Below, one piece after another: positions 49,893-61,046 of a stretch of 64,000 nt of DNA; within the stretch, counting starts at the first letter, position 1; the number at the start of each line of letters is the position of its first letter. The position numbers were made by a program, and so were the translations under genes. The notes below the pieces were generated by a model, which searched no databases, had not been told where the DNA came from, and was given only the letters and a program-made list of their open reading frames with translations. Source of the stretch: Leptospiraceae bacterium (GTDB lineage Bacteria > Spirochaetota > Leptospiria > Leptospirales > Leptonemataceae); NCBI GenBank assembly GCA_040217195.1, contig JAVJNR010000008.1:64001-128000 (forward strand), in the 5' to 3' direction.

Positions 49893-50783
49893 ATGGAAGG
49901 TGTAGGATGGTCCACAAAGGGCACTGGAATCTTGTATGGAATTCTCTTAATCAGCTTCTGTCTGATATCATGCGTTGAGGATTTCCCGGAATCTCCTCTG
50001 GAATCCGATGCAGCATTACTTCTGGCCAACCCGAATGGTGTTGCGGACTCTTTTTTTGCCCGATCTCCGGACTCATTTGCAGACCTGGCCATCTGGTTTA
50101 AAGCAGATGATCTTGGCCTCACAGATGGCGATCCGGTAATAACATGGAGCGATGCCTCCGGTCTGGGAAACGATGCATTCTCCGGCGTTGCCGTGCAGCA
50201 ACCTCTATTTCTAGAGTCCTCGTTGAACGGATTACCTGCACTTCAATTTGATGGCACCGACGATGAAATGCAAAGCACGGACATTGAGTTTGATTCGCAT
50301 ACGATCATAGTTGTTGCCCGGTTCACCAATCCTTTTCCAGGCTCCGATTATCGAATGAATCTACTTTCCAAGCACCATAATTTCCCGAATCATTCTACAG
50401 CTCTGTATTTCAATTGGAGAAATAGCGGTTTATCCTATGCAAGCTTTAGAAATAGCGTGGATGGCACAACAGAATTCTTTTCTGGCGGACCTGCAAACCA
50501 GAATGAATGGTACGTGGTATCGGGCACCTTCAATGGAATTGTATCGAGTTTGTTTCTGAACGGGGAATTATCGGACGTGAGCGATCTAAACTCCGGAGAT
50601 ATAAATAATACGAGCTTTCCTTTCTACATTGCTCGGAATGCAAACACTCTGGCTCATAGATTCAAGGGAGAAATAGCGGAAATTATCATGTACAGTGAAC
50701 ACCTTTCGGATCAGAGTCGAGTGGAGATTGAATGCTATCTATCGCTTAAGTATAACCTGTCTTTGCCTCATAACTGCATCTAA
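49893..50783 (+). CDS. LamG/concanavalin-A-like domain lipoprotein
   Basis: Lipobox LISC; WFKADD, W.D.SG, LNGLPALQFDG, FKGEIAEII, IECYL..KY. Confidence 0.82.
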   Translation: MEGVGWSTKGTGILYGILLISFCLISCVEDFPESPLESDAALLLANPNGVADSFFARSPDSFADLAIWFKADDLGLTDGDPVITWSDASGLGNDAFSGVAVQQPLFLESSLNGLPALQFDGTDDEMQSTDIEFDSHTIIVVARFTNPFPGSDYRMNLLSKHHNFPNHSTALYFNWRNSGLSYASFRNSVDGTTEFFSGGPANQNEWYVVSGTFNGIVSSLFLNGELSDVSDLNSGDINNTSFPFYIARNANTLAHRFKGEIAEIIMYSEHLSDQSRVEIECYLSLKYNLSLPHNCI

Positions 50784-50860
50784 TGATTCGCGCACACCTG
50801 GTGCCGGCCGGTAGTCAATAATCAGAGCAGTGATGAGGCGGTTCATTCTATACCCTGCTT

Positions 50861-51937
50861 TTATGATGCCTTCTTTCTGAAGTCACCAGGGGACATGCCG
50901 GTTTGTTGCTTGAAAGCCTTATTGAACGCTGCCTTGGACTGAAAACCCGCTTCAAAGGCTATGCTGAGAAGTGTATGCTCGCTGTAATCAGGATCCTGAA
51001 GAAGTCTTTTGGCTTCCTCAATGCGATAGCTGTTAATGAAAGCAAAGAAATTCATAGATAACTGGCTGTTAATGACCATTGACAGATGATGGGCAGGAAT
51101 CTTTGTACGACGTGCCAATTGCTTTAACGTTATCCCTTCCTCCAGATAAGGCTTTTGACTGTCCATAAATGATCGAAGCTTCTGCAGATGGTTGCTGGTC
51201 GCCTCGGCCTTCAGGGATTGCTTGGCATACTTGGGTGCCTGTGGCCTGGATGGATCAAGGGACTCCTTTATCGTTATGTGAACGAATGAGTACGCCAGAC
51301 CCAGGGAAGCCACGGCTTCCAGCGGATGAAAGGGCCTGCTCAACAATCCAATGAATGTGCCGAGAACCAGACTCAGAAATGTCAGAACAAATAAAAGCAG
51401 AGTAATGCACTGTATCAGTAGCCTTTTGGTCTGGATGCCCGCAGCCTTCCTCCCACGCAAGAAAGCAATGGTACGCCATAGAAGGGCCACATTAAAAAGC
51501 ACCGCGATGAGAGCAAACGCCGAAGTGTACCTGGAGATAAAGCCTTCATGTCTTAATACTGCATGTGTGGATTGCAGTTCCGGGCTATTGAACAGAAAGA
51601 CGGTATGAATGAAGAGGCTTGCGGTTGCCAGGAACGCCGGAAAGAGAAACCACCTCTGCCCTGGGCCTGGCTCGGTATTCAGTCTGACATGTTGGTGAAA
51701 TAGAGGCGCCGGAAACCACATAGCAGGATAGACGAAGAAAGGTAAATGAACTACCAGAACGGATCGGGAAAAGAACAGATACCGGGACCAGAGGATTGCG
51801 GAAATCACAGCGATGCAATACGCCAGGTATCTTGAATGATTTCGTCTGGTGGGTTCTACGAAGATATAGATGGCCAGTGCCAATGTCACAATGGGCGACA
51901 CGATACTTAAATCTTGCAAGAAAGAACTGTTTTCCAT
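50861..51937 (-). CDS. Membrane-anchored AraC-family transcriptional regulator
   Basis: About seven TM helices; C-terminal KPYL...LS.VIN...NFF.FINSYRIEEAK...AGFQSK..FN..FK..TGMSP. Confidence 0.92.
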   Translation of the reverse strand: MENSSFLQDLSIVSPIVTLALAIYIFVEPTRRNHSRYLAYCIAVISAILWSRYLFFSRSVLVVHLPFFVYPAMWFPAPLFHQHVRLNTEPGPGQRWFLFPAFLATASLFIHTVFLFNSPELQSTHAVLRHEGFISRYTSAFALIAVLFNVALLWRTIAFLRGRKAAGIQTKRLLIQCITLLLFVLTFLSLVLGTFIGLLSRPFHPLEAVASLGLAYSFVHITIKESLDPSRPQAPKYAKQSLKAEATSNHLQKLRSFMDSQKPYLEEGITLKQLARRTKIPAHHLSMVINSQLSMNFFAFINSYRIEEAKRLLQDPDYSEHTLLSIAFEAGFQSKAAFNKAFKQQTGMSPGDFRKKAS

Positions 51938-52064
51938 CGTGAACCCTTGATCACCAGGAACCGTACCAGGATTCAGGCCACTCCCTGGAAAACAGGACCA
52001 ACCTGTCCGGAACCCGTATCTGTCCGCGAAGACCGATTCTTCCCGAAAGACCAGGCGATCAGCC

Positions 52065-52508
52065 CTACATCAAATAGTTCTTTCCTGATTTGTCCACCAG
52101 AAGTGGATCGCCGCCGGCCGCTCTGAGCTTTTCTGCGATTTCGCCGGTGCCACTGAAGCTCTTGCAAAGATTCAACGGTGTAACCCCATCTCTGTCTCTG
52201 GAATTTGGATTGGCTCCCAGCTTCAGTAAGGAATCCACCAGCTCGTTGCGGCCCAGTTCCACGCAAAGATGCAGAGGACTACGACCCATGGCATCTTTGA
52301 TTTCTGGATCTGGACTCCAGCCGGCTTCCACTAATGCATCCAGCACGGAAATCTTGACCGATTCCTGACAGATTTCCAGAAGCAGCGTGGATGGTAGCTG
52401 TTGCACCAGTTCCGGTTTACTCTGCAGAATTCTGTGTATCTTATCTTCATCGTTGCGAAGGATGGAGCGCTTCAGGTTTCGGATGGAATTAAATGAGAAC
52501 AGCGGCAT
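52065..52508 (-). CDS. Ankyrin-repeat protein
   Basis: GRSPLH, LL.LGANPNSRDRDG.TPL. Confidence 0.85.
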   Translation of the reverse strand: MPLFSFNSIRNLKRSILRNDEDKIHRILQSKPELVQQLPSTLLLEICQESVKISVLDALVEAGWSPDPEIKDAMGRSPLHLCVELGRNELVDSLLKLGANPNSRDRDGVTPLNLCKSFSGTGEIAEKLRAAGGDPLLVDKSGKNYLM

Positions 52509-52827
52509 AGTCCAGGTTTCTTTCCCTGACTGAAATGTAATCGATAAAACAAAGAGCCAGCTCGGAAGATGCCCAATCCTGCAGGGACCGGTAAGGCCGC
52601 TTCCACTGGAAATGCAAATCGAGTTGATTCTCCGGGGCCTCTGCGCTTAATTTGAGCCAACATTTCTATTACTGGCTCGAGCGAATGCCAGGACATAACG
52701 CCGGAATTTTCGTTGACCCATAGACCCCCGGAGGCGTTTCTGGCACTTCGGTCGTTCTGTGTACTCAGCTTTCGATCGGCTTTCCGGGGGGAGCCCGAGA
52801 TTTTTGCAGGAGTTTTGAAGGAGGAGT

Positions 52828-53037
52828 ATGATAGGCGTTGTACTGAAGGATGGTGAATCCATCGAATCCGCACTGAAGCGCTTCAAGAGGGAGTGCGTTA
52901 ATGCCGGCATCCAGTCGGAAATCAAAAGAAGAGAATTCTTCGAGAAGCCATCTGAGCTGAGAAAGCGTAAGATTGAGGCTGCTATTCGCAAACGTAGAAG
53001 AAAGCAAGCTATGATGGCTCGCAGAGATCGCGGTTAA
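52828..53037 (+). CDS. rpsU: 30S ribosomal protein S21
   Basis: [12 protein letters not shown]...REFFEKPS; strong AGGAGG RBS. Confidence 0.97.
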   Translation: MIGVVLKDGESIESALKRFKRECVNAGIQSEIKRREFFEKPSELRKRKIEAAIRKRRRKQAMMARRDRG

Positions 53038-53060
53038 TTCAAAACGATTCGGAGGGTCCA

Positions 53061-53510
53061 ATGAGCTCCCTGGTTGAACGCATAGAATCTGATCTAAAAA
53101 CGGCCATGAAAAGCCGGGATCAGGAAACTCTGGGCACCCTTCGTTTACTGAAGTCAGATATTCAGTATGAGATGACCAAATCCGGGGCCAAAGAGCTTTC
53201 GGACTCCGATACAGAATCGGTCATCAAAAGGGCAGTGAAAAAGCGCCAGGAATCCATTGTGGATCTGGATAAGGCCGGCCGCACCGATGAGTCGGAGCTG
53301 GAAAACCGGGCCATCGAAAAGCTCAAGTCCTATCTGCCAGAAGAAATGTCCGAAGAGGCCATCGGTGCAATAATCGATGAAGTGGTTTCAGCCAATTCGG
53401 ATGAAAAGAATTTCGGCAAGCTAATGGGGCAGGTCATGGGCCGCCTGAAAGGCAAGAATGCCGATGGCGCTCTGGTTCGTAGCCTTCTTCAGAAAAAAAT
53501 GGAAAATTGA
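53061..53510 (+). CDS. yqeY: GatB/YqeY domain protein
   Basis: DLKTAMKS, KKRQES, YLP, GKLMG, GKNADG. Confidence 0.92.
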   Translation: MSSLVERIESDLKTAMKSRDQETLGTLRLLKSDIQYEMTKSGAKELSDSDTESVIKRAVKKRQESIVDLDKAGRTDESELENRAIEKLKSYLPEEMSEEAIGAIIDEVVSANSDEKNFGKLMGQVMGRLKGKNADGALVRSLLQKKMEN

Positions 53511-55567
53511 ATTCCCGGGAGCTGAAAGAGAGGATAAGATCCTCTTTGCCCATCGAAACCTATATTGGCCGTTTTGTTACGCTCAAACGATATAATCGAT
53601 CTTATAAAGGGCTCTGTCCCTTCCACCGAGAGAAAACTCCTTCATTCACTGTTACTCCCGAAAAAGGTATCTACCATTGCTTCGGATGCGGTCGGGGCGG
53701 CGATCTATTCGCTTTCGCCATGGAATACGAAGGCGTGGATTTTCGCGAGGCCATGGAAATCCTTGCCCGGGCTGCAGGAATCGACATTAGCAAGTTCCAG
53801 AAGAATGAAAAGAAAGATCCAGCTTACGATTTATTGATGCGCACTGCCAGACTATACAACGAATATTTGACCGGTCCCAGCGGTGAAGCTTACCTGAAAT
53901 ATCTAAAGGGTAGAAAGATTGGCGATGAAGCCATCTCCCGATTTCAAATCGGAGCCAGTCCTGATCAGTGGCAATTCCTGCTGGAAAGGTTTCCGGACGA
54001 ACTTCAGACTCTGGAACGAATCTCCCTGGCCAGAAAGTCCGAGAAATCTGGTAAGCATTTTGATTTCTTCCGCGGGCGAATCATGTTTCCCATTCGAGAT
54101 GCCAGCGGTCAGGTAGTTGGATTTGGCGGTCGCGTACTTCCTGGAAGCGATAATCCGGCCAAGTATATGAACAGCCCGGAATCTTCCGTGTATCAAAAAA
54201 GCAAAGTTCTCTACGGTCTGTTCGAGAACATGGCTGCCATTCGAAAAAGCAGATCTGCAATTGTGACTGAAGGCTATCTGGATGTAGTTGGTCTTTCTGA
54301 GGCAGGAGTAGAAACTGCGGTGGCTCCTCTGGGCACAGCATTGACTCCTGATCATATTCAGCAATTGAAGCGATACGCAGATCATGTAACTCTTATGCTG
54401 GATGGTGATGCGGCCGGGCGACAGGCCGCCAGAAAGGGTGCCAACCTTCTCATCGGCCAGGGGCTACAATCTACCAGGATGTTCTTTTTGCCTACTGGAA
54501 TGGATCCATTTGATCTGTCCCGAAAATACGATGGCCGTACCATCCAGGATTTTCTGGAATCCTCTATTTCCAGCGATAGCTATTTAATATTCTATACTTT
54601 GTTTCCAGACTTACTGGGAAGGGCCTTTCAAAAAGGGGATCCAGAACAACCTGTAGCACTGACCAGAAGTATTCGAAATCTTATCCATGATCTAAACTTT
54701 GATGAACCGCCAGGGCTGGAAGAAAAGAAGGCCGCGGTGGATCGGTTCCAAAAACTCTATGGAGAAATCCAGGATTCCATCATTCGGGAATTCTATGCTC
54801 AGGAAGCAGCTCGTATTCTCTCTATTGAAGTGGGGGGATTGATCGAGCAATTGAAACAGCGCACTGCTGCCCCCAATCCTACCACTCATCGGACGGAAAA
54901 TAGACCATCCGGTCCCACACAAGCCCGAAGCGCCGGTGTGGGAATTATGCGTCCAGGCGGAAACTCGGAAGGAAATTCTGCGGAGGGAACCGGCCATCGG
55001 CCTGCCTCTGGCGGCAGCTCCTCCGAAAGCAGTCCGGAGTTGCGCAAGAATAGGGAGCAGCTAATTCGATGCGAGCGTTCCGTTCTGGTCAAGTTATTGT
55101 CCTCTCCCGGTCTTCTGTCAGGACATTTACAGGAACTGCGAGAGCTGGATTTTGAGGACACAGATTCCGAAATACTATGGAGAGTACTTGAGGACAGATT
55201 TCTCAGCGGAGAAGGATGGGATTCCGATGTTTTGATCCATTCCAACCTTCCCAATCGAGTGATGCAATCCTTTAGCGGACTACTGGCATCAGATGATACA
55301 CATAATCAGGAAGAAGAGGGTTCGGAAGTCACATTCAATGAGCTATTGCTGCACCATCGGATTCTGCGCTCCAAAAAGAAGATGTCAGAAATCCGGGGGG
55401 AAATGGTAGTGGCCGATGAGGTCGAACAGTCCTACCTTTGGGAGAGGTACTCTGCCCTTTTGAAAGAGACGAAAACCCTGGAATTCCAGCTGCGGAGCCA
55501 ATCCGCACAAAATCCTAAAAATACCACCCGAAAGGGTGATTCGGGCCCTTTAGAGGTCGAAAATTAA
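53507..55567 (+). CDS. dnaG: DNA primase
   Basis: CPFH...CFGC zinc finger, RIMFPI, FGGR, KYMNSPE, EGYLD, DGDAAG (TOPRIM). Confidence 0.97.
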   Translation: MNSRELKERIRSSLPIETYIGRFVTLKRYNRSYKGLCPFHREKTPSFTVTPEKGIYHCFGCGRGGDLFAFAMEYEGVDFREAMEILARAAGIDISKFQKNEKKDPAYDLLMRTARLYNEYLTGPSGEAYLKYLKGRKIGDEAISRFQIGASPDQWQFLLERFPDELQTLERISLARKSEKSGKHFDFFRGRIMFPIRDASGQVVGFGGRVLPGSDNPAKYMNSPESSVYQKSKVLYGLFENMAAIRKSRSAIVTEGYLDVVGLSEAGVETAVAPLGTALTPDHIQQLKRYADHVTLMLDGDAAGRQAARKGANLLIGQGLQSTRMFFLPTGMDPFDLSRKYDGRTIQDFLESSISSDSYLIFYTLFPDLLGRAFQKGDPEQPVALTRSIRNLIHDLNFDEPPGLEEKKAAVDRFQKLYGEIQDSIIREFYAQEAARILSIEVGGLIEQLKQRTAAPNPTTHRTENRPSGPTQARSAGVGIMRPGGNSEGNSAEGTGHRPASGGSSSESSPELRKNREQLIRCERSVLVKLLSSPGLLSGHLQELRELDFEDTDSEILWRVLEDRFLSGEGWDSDVLIHSNLPNRVMQSFSGLLASDDTHNQEEEGSEVTFNELLLHHRILRSKKKMSEIRGEMVVADEVEQSYLWERYSALLKETKTLEFQLRSQSAQNPKNTTRKGDSGPLEVEN

Positions 55568-55585
55568 GTTCTGGAGAACCTGCGT

Positions 55586-57379
55586 ATGGCAATCGAAGAT
55601 CTTCCCGAAATACAGAAGATTATTTCCATTGGTAAAGCTAATGGAGAAATTACCTACGACGAGATCAACGAGTACCTACCCGAAAAGATCGTCAATTCCG
55701 AGCGTATTGAAGATGTATTCACACTACTCAACCAGCTCGGAATCGAAGTCGTAGAAGAATACTCCAGCCGCATGGAAGATGATGTGGCTGTGGGAGCCCC
55801 TGTGGTCAGAGAGGCCCCGGTTCCTGCTCAGGCAGCCAACGGGTCAGCGCCGGCGCCCAAGCCTGCCCGAAAAAAGAAAGAAAGTAGCAGCTCTTCCAGC
55901 GATGATCCCATCCGTCTGTACCTTAAAGAAATAGGTAAAGTATCCCTTATCTCCGGAGATAAGGAAGTCTTTCTTGCTCGCAGGATAGAAAACGGTGAAA
56001 AAATCATCGAAGAAACAATTCTGGGATCTTCGTTACTACGTGCCAATTTCGTAAAGCTAACGCCCAAGATTAGATCTAGAAAAATCAAGATCTCGGATGT
56101 TATTTTCGCAAACAAGGCGTACTATTTAAGTCAGGATGAACTGGAGAAACTGGAAAAGCTTTTCTTCGAGCAGATGGAAATCATCAATCGAGAAGAGAAG
56201 AAATACCAGGAAGCTCAGACCAGACTGAAGAAGTACACCGATGGTTCCAAGAAATGGCGTGAATACAAACAGAAAGTAGATGAGTCCAAAGCAATCATCG
56301 ATGAAGCTGTACGCAAGCTTGGAGTATCCCAGAAAGAGATTCAGCGAATCTCTCAGAAGATCAAGTCCATGGTCTTTCGCATCAAGGAAATCCAGCGACA
56401 TTTCCTTGCTATAAAAGCTAGATACGGAAAGGACATAAAAGAGATCAAGGGCTTCAATCGCTTCATTGAAAAGAATGAAGAGCTGGATATGATCGAACAG
56501 GAGATGGGAGTACCCATCGATGAAGTTCGAGAAGTTATTAAAGATATTCGAAACAACGAAAGAAAGCTCCGCCGTATGGAGCAGGATGCCGGATCTTCCA
56601 TTCAGGAAATACTGCAATGGGGCGAATCTCTGACCAAAGGTGAGCGTGAAATTGCCCAGGCCAAAAAGGAACTGATCAAAGCCAACCTTCGTCTGGTAGT
56701 ATCAATTGCAAAAAGATATGCAAACCGTGGTATGCAGTTCTTTGATCTGATCCAGGAAGGAAACATTGGTCTTATCAAAGCCGTAGATAAATTCGAATAC
56801 AAGAAAGGCTATAAGTTCTCCACATATGCAACCTGGTGGATTCGTCAGGCCATCACTCGTGCCATTTCGGATCAGGCTCGCACAATTCGAATCCCTGTAC
56901 ACATGATCGAGCAGATCAATAAAGTGGTAAGGGAAACCAGGATGTTTCTGCAGGAAACCGGCAGGGAACCTACAAACGATGAAATTGCAGAGCGTCTGGG
57001 CTGGCCCGTACAACGCGTGAAAGCGGTTAAAGGCGTGGCCAAAGAGCCGATTAGCCTTGAAGTGCCTGTGGGCTCCGAAGAAGATTCAGAGCTGGGAGAT
57101 TTTATTCCAGATACAGAGGTGGAAAGCCCAATGAATCAAACGGCCAATCGTCTACTGGCCGAACAGATTCGAAGTGTGCTTAATACTCTGCCTGCCAGGG
57201 AGCAGAAAGTACTTCGCATGCGTTTTGGTCTGGACGATGGATATTCGCATACTCTGGAAGAAGTTGGATATGTATTCCAGGTAACCAGGGAGCGGATTCG
57301 TCAGATTGAAGCCAAAGCATTGCGTCGGCTTCGTCATCCTTCCAGAAGCAAGAAACTCAAGGATTATATAGATTCCTGA
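55586..57379 (+). CDS. rpoD: Primary sigma factor RpoD
   Basis: [61 protein letters not shown]. Confidence 0.99.
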   Translation: MAIEDLPEIQKIISIGKANGEITYDEINEYLPEKIVNSERIEDVFTLLNQLGIEVVEEYSSRMEDDVAVGAPVVREAPVPAQAANGSAPAPKPARKKKESSSSSSDDPIRLYLKEIGKVSLISGDKEVFLARRIENGEKIIEETILGSSLLRANFVKLTPKIRSRKIKISDVIFANKAYYLSQDELEKLEKLFFEQMEIINREEKKYQEAQTRLKKYTDGSKKWREYKQKVDESKAIIDEAVRKLGVSQKEIQRISQKIKSMVFRIKEIQRHFLAIKARYGKDIKEIKGFNRFIEKNEELDMIEQEMGVPIDEVREVIKDIRNNERKLRRMEQDAGSSIQEILQWGESLTKGEREIAQAKKELIKANLRLVVSIAKRYANRGMQFFDLIQEGNIGLIKAVDKFEYKKGYKFSTYATWWIRQAITRAISDQARTIRIPVHMIEQINKVVRETRMFLQETGREPTNDEIAERLGWPVQRVKAVKGVAKEPISLEVPVGSEEDSELGDFIPDTEVESPMNQTANRLLAEQIRSVLNTLPAREQKVLRMRFGLDDGYSHTLEEVGYVFQVTRERIRQIEAKALRRLRHPSRSKKLKDYIDS

Positions 57380-57903
57380 GTTGGCTGAGTTCTGGCCCGA
57401 ATCCTCTTTAGATAGAGCCATAGATCCACCCTCCATCCTTCATCGGTTAGCTGAAGTGGCAGGGTGGGTATTTCATTGGAAAGAAAGCTACATTCTGCCA
57501 GCTGGGCTTCGATTTTGCAGCTCATATTGGATGTATGCTGCCTGAGCTTCGTTTTTAGATCGTTTGTATCTGCTTTTTCGGACTGACTGGCTGCTTCTTC
57601 TCCATGGCTTATTAATTTCATGACAACAGTCAGAATAATGGTGCTGGAATCGGTTACGTATTTTTTTGCTTTTTCGGAATCATTGGTTAGTAGTCCATCC
57701 ATCAATCGATTGGCCACTTCTTCAGGCGGCAGTCCATCTTTCTGGGCTTTATCGCACTGAGCAGAAACAAGAAGTAGCCCGAGACATAAAAGGCAGATCA
57801 GCCTGCTTCGTGGAAGTGGAAATCCTGATGCAGCCAGTCCAGTTGGCCTGGTAGTAGGCGCGGGCTTCAGTGATTTAAGTAGGGAGAAAGAATTCTGTGT
57901 CAT
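57364..57903 (-). CDS. Hypothetical lipoprotein (DUF4878/NTF2-like)
   Basis: Hydrophobic stretch with SAQC, PEEVA, AKKYVT, L...D.GWRVD; probable start 57903; 16-bp convergent overlap with rpoD. Confidence 0.6.
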   Translation of the reverse strand: MTQNSFSLLKSLKPAPTTRPTGLAASGFPLPRSRLICLLCLGLLLVSAQCDKAQKDGLPPEEVANRLMDGLLTNDSEKAKKYVTDSSTIILTVVMKLISHGEEAASQSEKADTNDLKTKLRQHTSNMSCKIEAQLAECSFLSNEIPTLPLQLTDEGWRVDLWLYLKRIRARTQPTQESI

Positions 57904-58267
57904 AGGATTGCCTCGGAAGGAATTTTGAGAGTTGAACCATAACCCATTGTGGGGCTCTATGGCAGTCATTGCAATGGCCGGTCCTGCAGGCAGGCAACCG
58001 ATTTTTATTACGGCAGACGTGGCACATTCTGCTACGTGGTGGAATGGAAATTCGGGGCCGGAACGTCCAGGTTTCATTCGGCGAATCAATCCCCTGGCAG
58101 AGAGGTTTATCCTTCACTCGATGAATCAATCTCCTGGCAGAAACGTTTCTCTTTTACTCTGTGAATAATTTCCGGGTATGCTGGTTTCTTTTAAGGATCC
58201 AGTGCCAATTCTGTAGCAAATCCGACGCAACCTGATGGAGCACTGAGCCCAATTTGAGCCATATCAA

Positions 58268-59587
58268 TCAGCTAGAAAGGGTTGTCTCTGTAGCGCTCTG
58301 GGGCGATTCTGAAGAGTCATTCCATCCATAACAGATCACAGTACCTTTGCGACCTTTTAAAGTGAGCTCCTCCAGAGGACGCAGAACATGATCTGATTCT
58401 TTGAGTCCACGCTTTACTTCTTCGCTTAAAATGATGGGAGATTCCAGATGTCTGGTCATGCTTTCCAGCCTGGCCGCAATATTGACTGCATCTCCAATAA
58501 TCGTAAAATCTCTTCTCTTTTCGCTACCTATACTTCCCAGAACTACAGTGCCATGATGCAATCCGGTTCCTGACTGGAGCTCTATATTTTCAGTCTTGAG
58601 CAATTGAGCATTGAGTAGTTTAAGCTCAACTCGCATTCTACGAGCGGCCCGCATTGCATTGGCCCTGGGATTTTCCAGAGGTACCGGAGCGCCAAAGTAG
58701 GCCATGATGGCATCTCCAATGAATTTATCTACCACACCTCCTTCTTCCTGAATAATTCGCACCATTCGATCGAAGTATTGATTTAGAATCTGTACCACCC
58801 GGCGCGGAGTCATTTCCTCCGATAGAGTCGTGAAATCACGTAGATCAGAAAAGAGCACGGTCACCTCTTTCTCTTCGCCTTCCATGGATAGCCCCTGATC
58901 CAGCAATCGATCCTTGATCTCTTCGGAAACATAGGCACCCAGGATCCTGGTAACGAATTCTCGATCCTTAATAGAAGCTACCACTCGATGCACCAGCTTC
59001 TTCGCCTCATCTCCAGCCTTTCCAGCAATGGAACCTGCCAGTACAATGTACAATGTCATTTCAGCCATGTTGGGCACATCCGGCCGAGCATAGGCTCCTG
59101 GACCAAAACAAATCCCCAGATAAACCAGGGCCGAAAGAATTCCTGCTGTAAGTCCAAGAGGCAGAGAGAATCCAAATACTGTGGTGCCCACCATCAATAT
59201 CTGCAGCATGGGTATGCTACTTGTGAGAAAGCTTCCCAGTACTTCTGGCTGAGTTTCCAGAGTGATCCATACGAGAAAAAGAGGGCAGAAAATGGGATAG
59301 GCCAGGCCCACAGCCTGAAGAGTCCTGGCGGTTATCTGACCTGGTTTACATCGTTTTAGAATGGTCCAGTCCAGAATATTAAAGAAGAAGGTAACTGCAA
59401 GAAATAGCATCAATCCCAGCAAGAAATCCTGCGGGATGTCATTGAAGTAATGAAAGATCAAAGTCAGTACAGCAAAGAGTGGTATGGCAATCATCCATAG
59501 CTTGAGTACCCGGAGGACACCTGAATAGATGGCCCGATCCAGTTCTGGATGTATTTCCGGTAGATAAGTCTTTAGCCAATCCTGCAT
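58268..59587 (-). CDS. Membrane-bound class III adenylate/guanylate cyclase
   Basis: Six TM helices; VLFSDLRDFT, DKFIGDAIM, FTIIGDAVNIAARLE, KGR; K and T/D specifiers suggest ATP; probable start 59587. Confidence 0.93.
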   Translation of the reverse strand: MQDWLKTYLPEIHPELDRAIYSGVLRVLKLWMIAIPLFAVLTLIFHYFNDIPQDFLLGLMLFLAVTFFFNILDWTILKRCKPGQITARTLQAVGLAYPIFCPLFLVWITLETQPEVLGSFLTSSIPMLQILMVGTTVFGFSLPLGLTAGILSALVYLGICFGPGAYARPDVPNMAEMTLYIVLAGSIAGKAGDEAKKLVHRVVASIKDREFVTRILGAYVSEEIKDRLLDQGLSMEGEEKEVTVLFSDLRDFTTLSEEMTPRRVVQILNQYFDRMVRIIQEEGGVVDKFIGDAIMAYFGAPVPLENPRANAMRAARRMRVELKLLNAQLLKTENIELQSGTGLHHGTVVLGSIGSEKRRDFTIIGDAVNIAARLESMTRHLESPIILSEEVKRGLKESDHVLRPLEELTLKGRKGTVICYGWNDSSESPQSATETTLSS

Positions 59588-59668
59588 ACAGTTCCCTGGA
59601 ATCTGTGCTGCACTTTTCAACTGAAAAAGAGGTAATCTGTCTTTTTTCCTGTCGGTGGGAATGGCCTT

Positions 59669-60937
59669 TCAATGCCATTTGTAGATCTTTAGTCCCAGGG
59701 AGGCTGCCAGAACTCCGGTGACAGCAAGTACCAGAGCCGGAAGAAGAACTTCAGTAAATCCAGCACCCTCTATGAAAAGTGCACGGGCTGAATCAGCCAG
59801 AACTGTAAGAGGTAACCACTGGATGAATTCCTGACTCCATTCCGGGAAATTTCGATAGCTAAAAAATATTCCAGAAAGCATGGTAAGCGGCAAGGTAACT
59901 GCATTTACGATTCCGTTGGCAGCATGCATGCTTCGACCTCGACTGGAACACAGTATTCCAATTCCACTCCAGGCCAGAGTACCGGTAAGAAAAATTAAAA
60001 TCAATCCGGGCAGAGATCCCTGCACAGATACATCGAATAGGAAGTGAGCGAAAGTAAATAGAATCAAAGCTTCTGAAAGCGTGAAAGCCATTCTGGCCAC
60101 AAAGTGCGAAGCCAGAAAGGCCGATTTATGCATTGGACTGGCTGCCATTCTTCGCAGTAGCTTCTTAACTCTAAGATCGATCAGTCCGTAGCCCACGCCC
60201 CACATACAGGAATTCATGATTCCCAGAGCCAGCAGTCCAGGTATTAAGAAGTCAATGTAGCGTCCACCTACCTGATCCAACGCCACCGATTTCATTGGAT
60301 TTGCATTCTTTAAATTCGGATCCATTACCAGTTGATTCAATGCCTGTTGAAGTGCCAGAACAGAAATTCGGGCCTCCGGGTTGTTGGGATCATAGTGAGC
60401 CTGAACCGGCTGATTCATTGCATTTTGATCGTATTGAATCGACGGTGATTTTGATTCATTATCAGACTCGATTACATTGCTGTGGTTGCTCGATCGATTC
60501 GAAGATTGAATTGAGATGAATTTCTCGCTATTTTCAAGAACTGTATTCAGAGGCTGATCGACTCTGGCATATAGCTGAATCTCGCCTCGTTTAAGGGCAA
60601 GCAGAGCTTCCTGTTCTGTGCGAATACTGATCTGTAATTCCCCTGCAGCCCCGGCACTCTGTCTGGAAGCCTGCTCAAGAAACAGTTTCCATTCTTTAAG
60701 CTCATCGGTTTGCAATCTGGATAAATCTGTATTCTGGCTGTGCGCAGTATCCTGAACCGAGACCGGGCCAACCAGAGCTATTGCGATTTCTGGAGGCTTG
60801 CCCTGGAAGGCCACTCCCAGCACACCTGCAATTCCAGCAGGAAATACCAGGGCCCAGAAGATAATGGCTGGCTCCCTGAAGTATCCATAGAAGTTCACTG
60901 CAGTAAGGGTTCTGAGTTGTAATAACCATTCTTTCAT
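59669..60937 (-). CDS. ABC-2 type transporter permease
   Basis: REPAIIFWAL.FP, YIDFLIPG, LSGIFF, LPLT. Confidence 0.92.
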   Translation of the reverse strand: MKEWLLQLRTLTAVNFYGYFREPAIIFWALVFPAGIAGVLGVAFQGKPPEIAIALVGPVSVQDTAHSQNTDLSRLQTDELKEWKLFLEQASRQSAGAAGELQISIRTEQEALLALKRGEIQLYARVDQPLNTVLENSEKFISIQSSNRSSNHSNVIESDNESKSPSIQYDQNAMNQPVQAHYDPNNPEARISVLALQQALNQLVMDPNLKNANPMKSVALDQVGGRYIDFLIPGLLALGIMNSCMWGVGYGLIDLRVKKLLRRMAASPMHKSAFLASHFVARMAFTLSEALILFTFAHFLFDVSVQGSLPGLILIFLTGTLAWSGIGILCSSRGRSMHAANGIVNAVTLPLTMLSGIFFSYRNFPEWSQEFIQWLPLTVLADSARALFIEGAGFTEVLLPALVLAVTGVLAASLGLKIYKWH

Positions 60938-61046
60938 ATATGCTTCGCTTTCTTCTGATCTTTTCAGGAATTCGTGCAGATCTTTCCATCTGGATTTTTG
61001 GATTTCACTGTTTCATCCGGCCTGATGAATGTTCTTTGATTTCGAT

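Noticed and set aside
57904..58168. Short ORFs and the extension of the 57364 ORF
   Set aside because: No recognisable features; a better start with RBS exists at 57903
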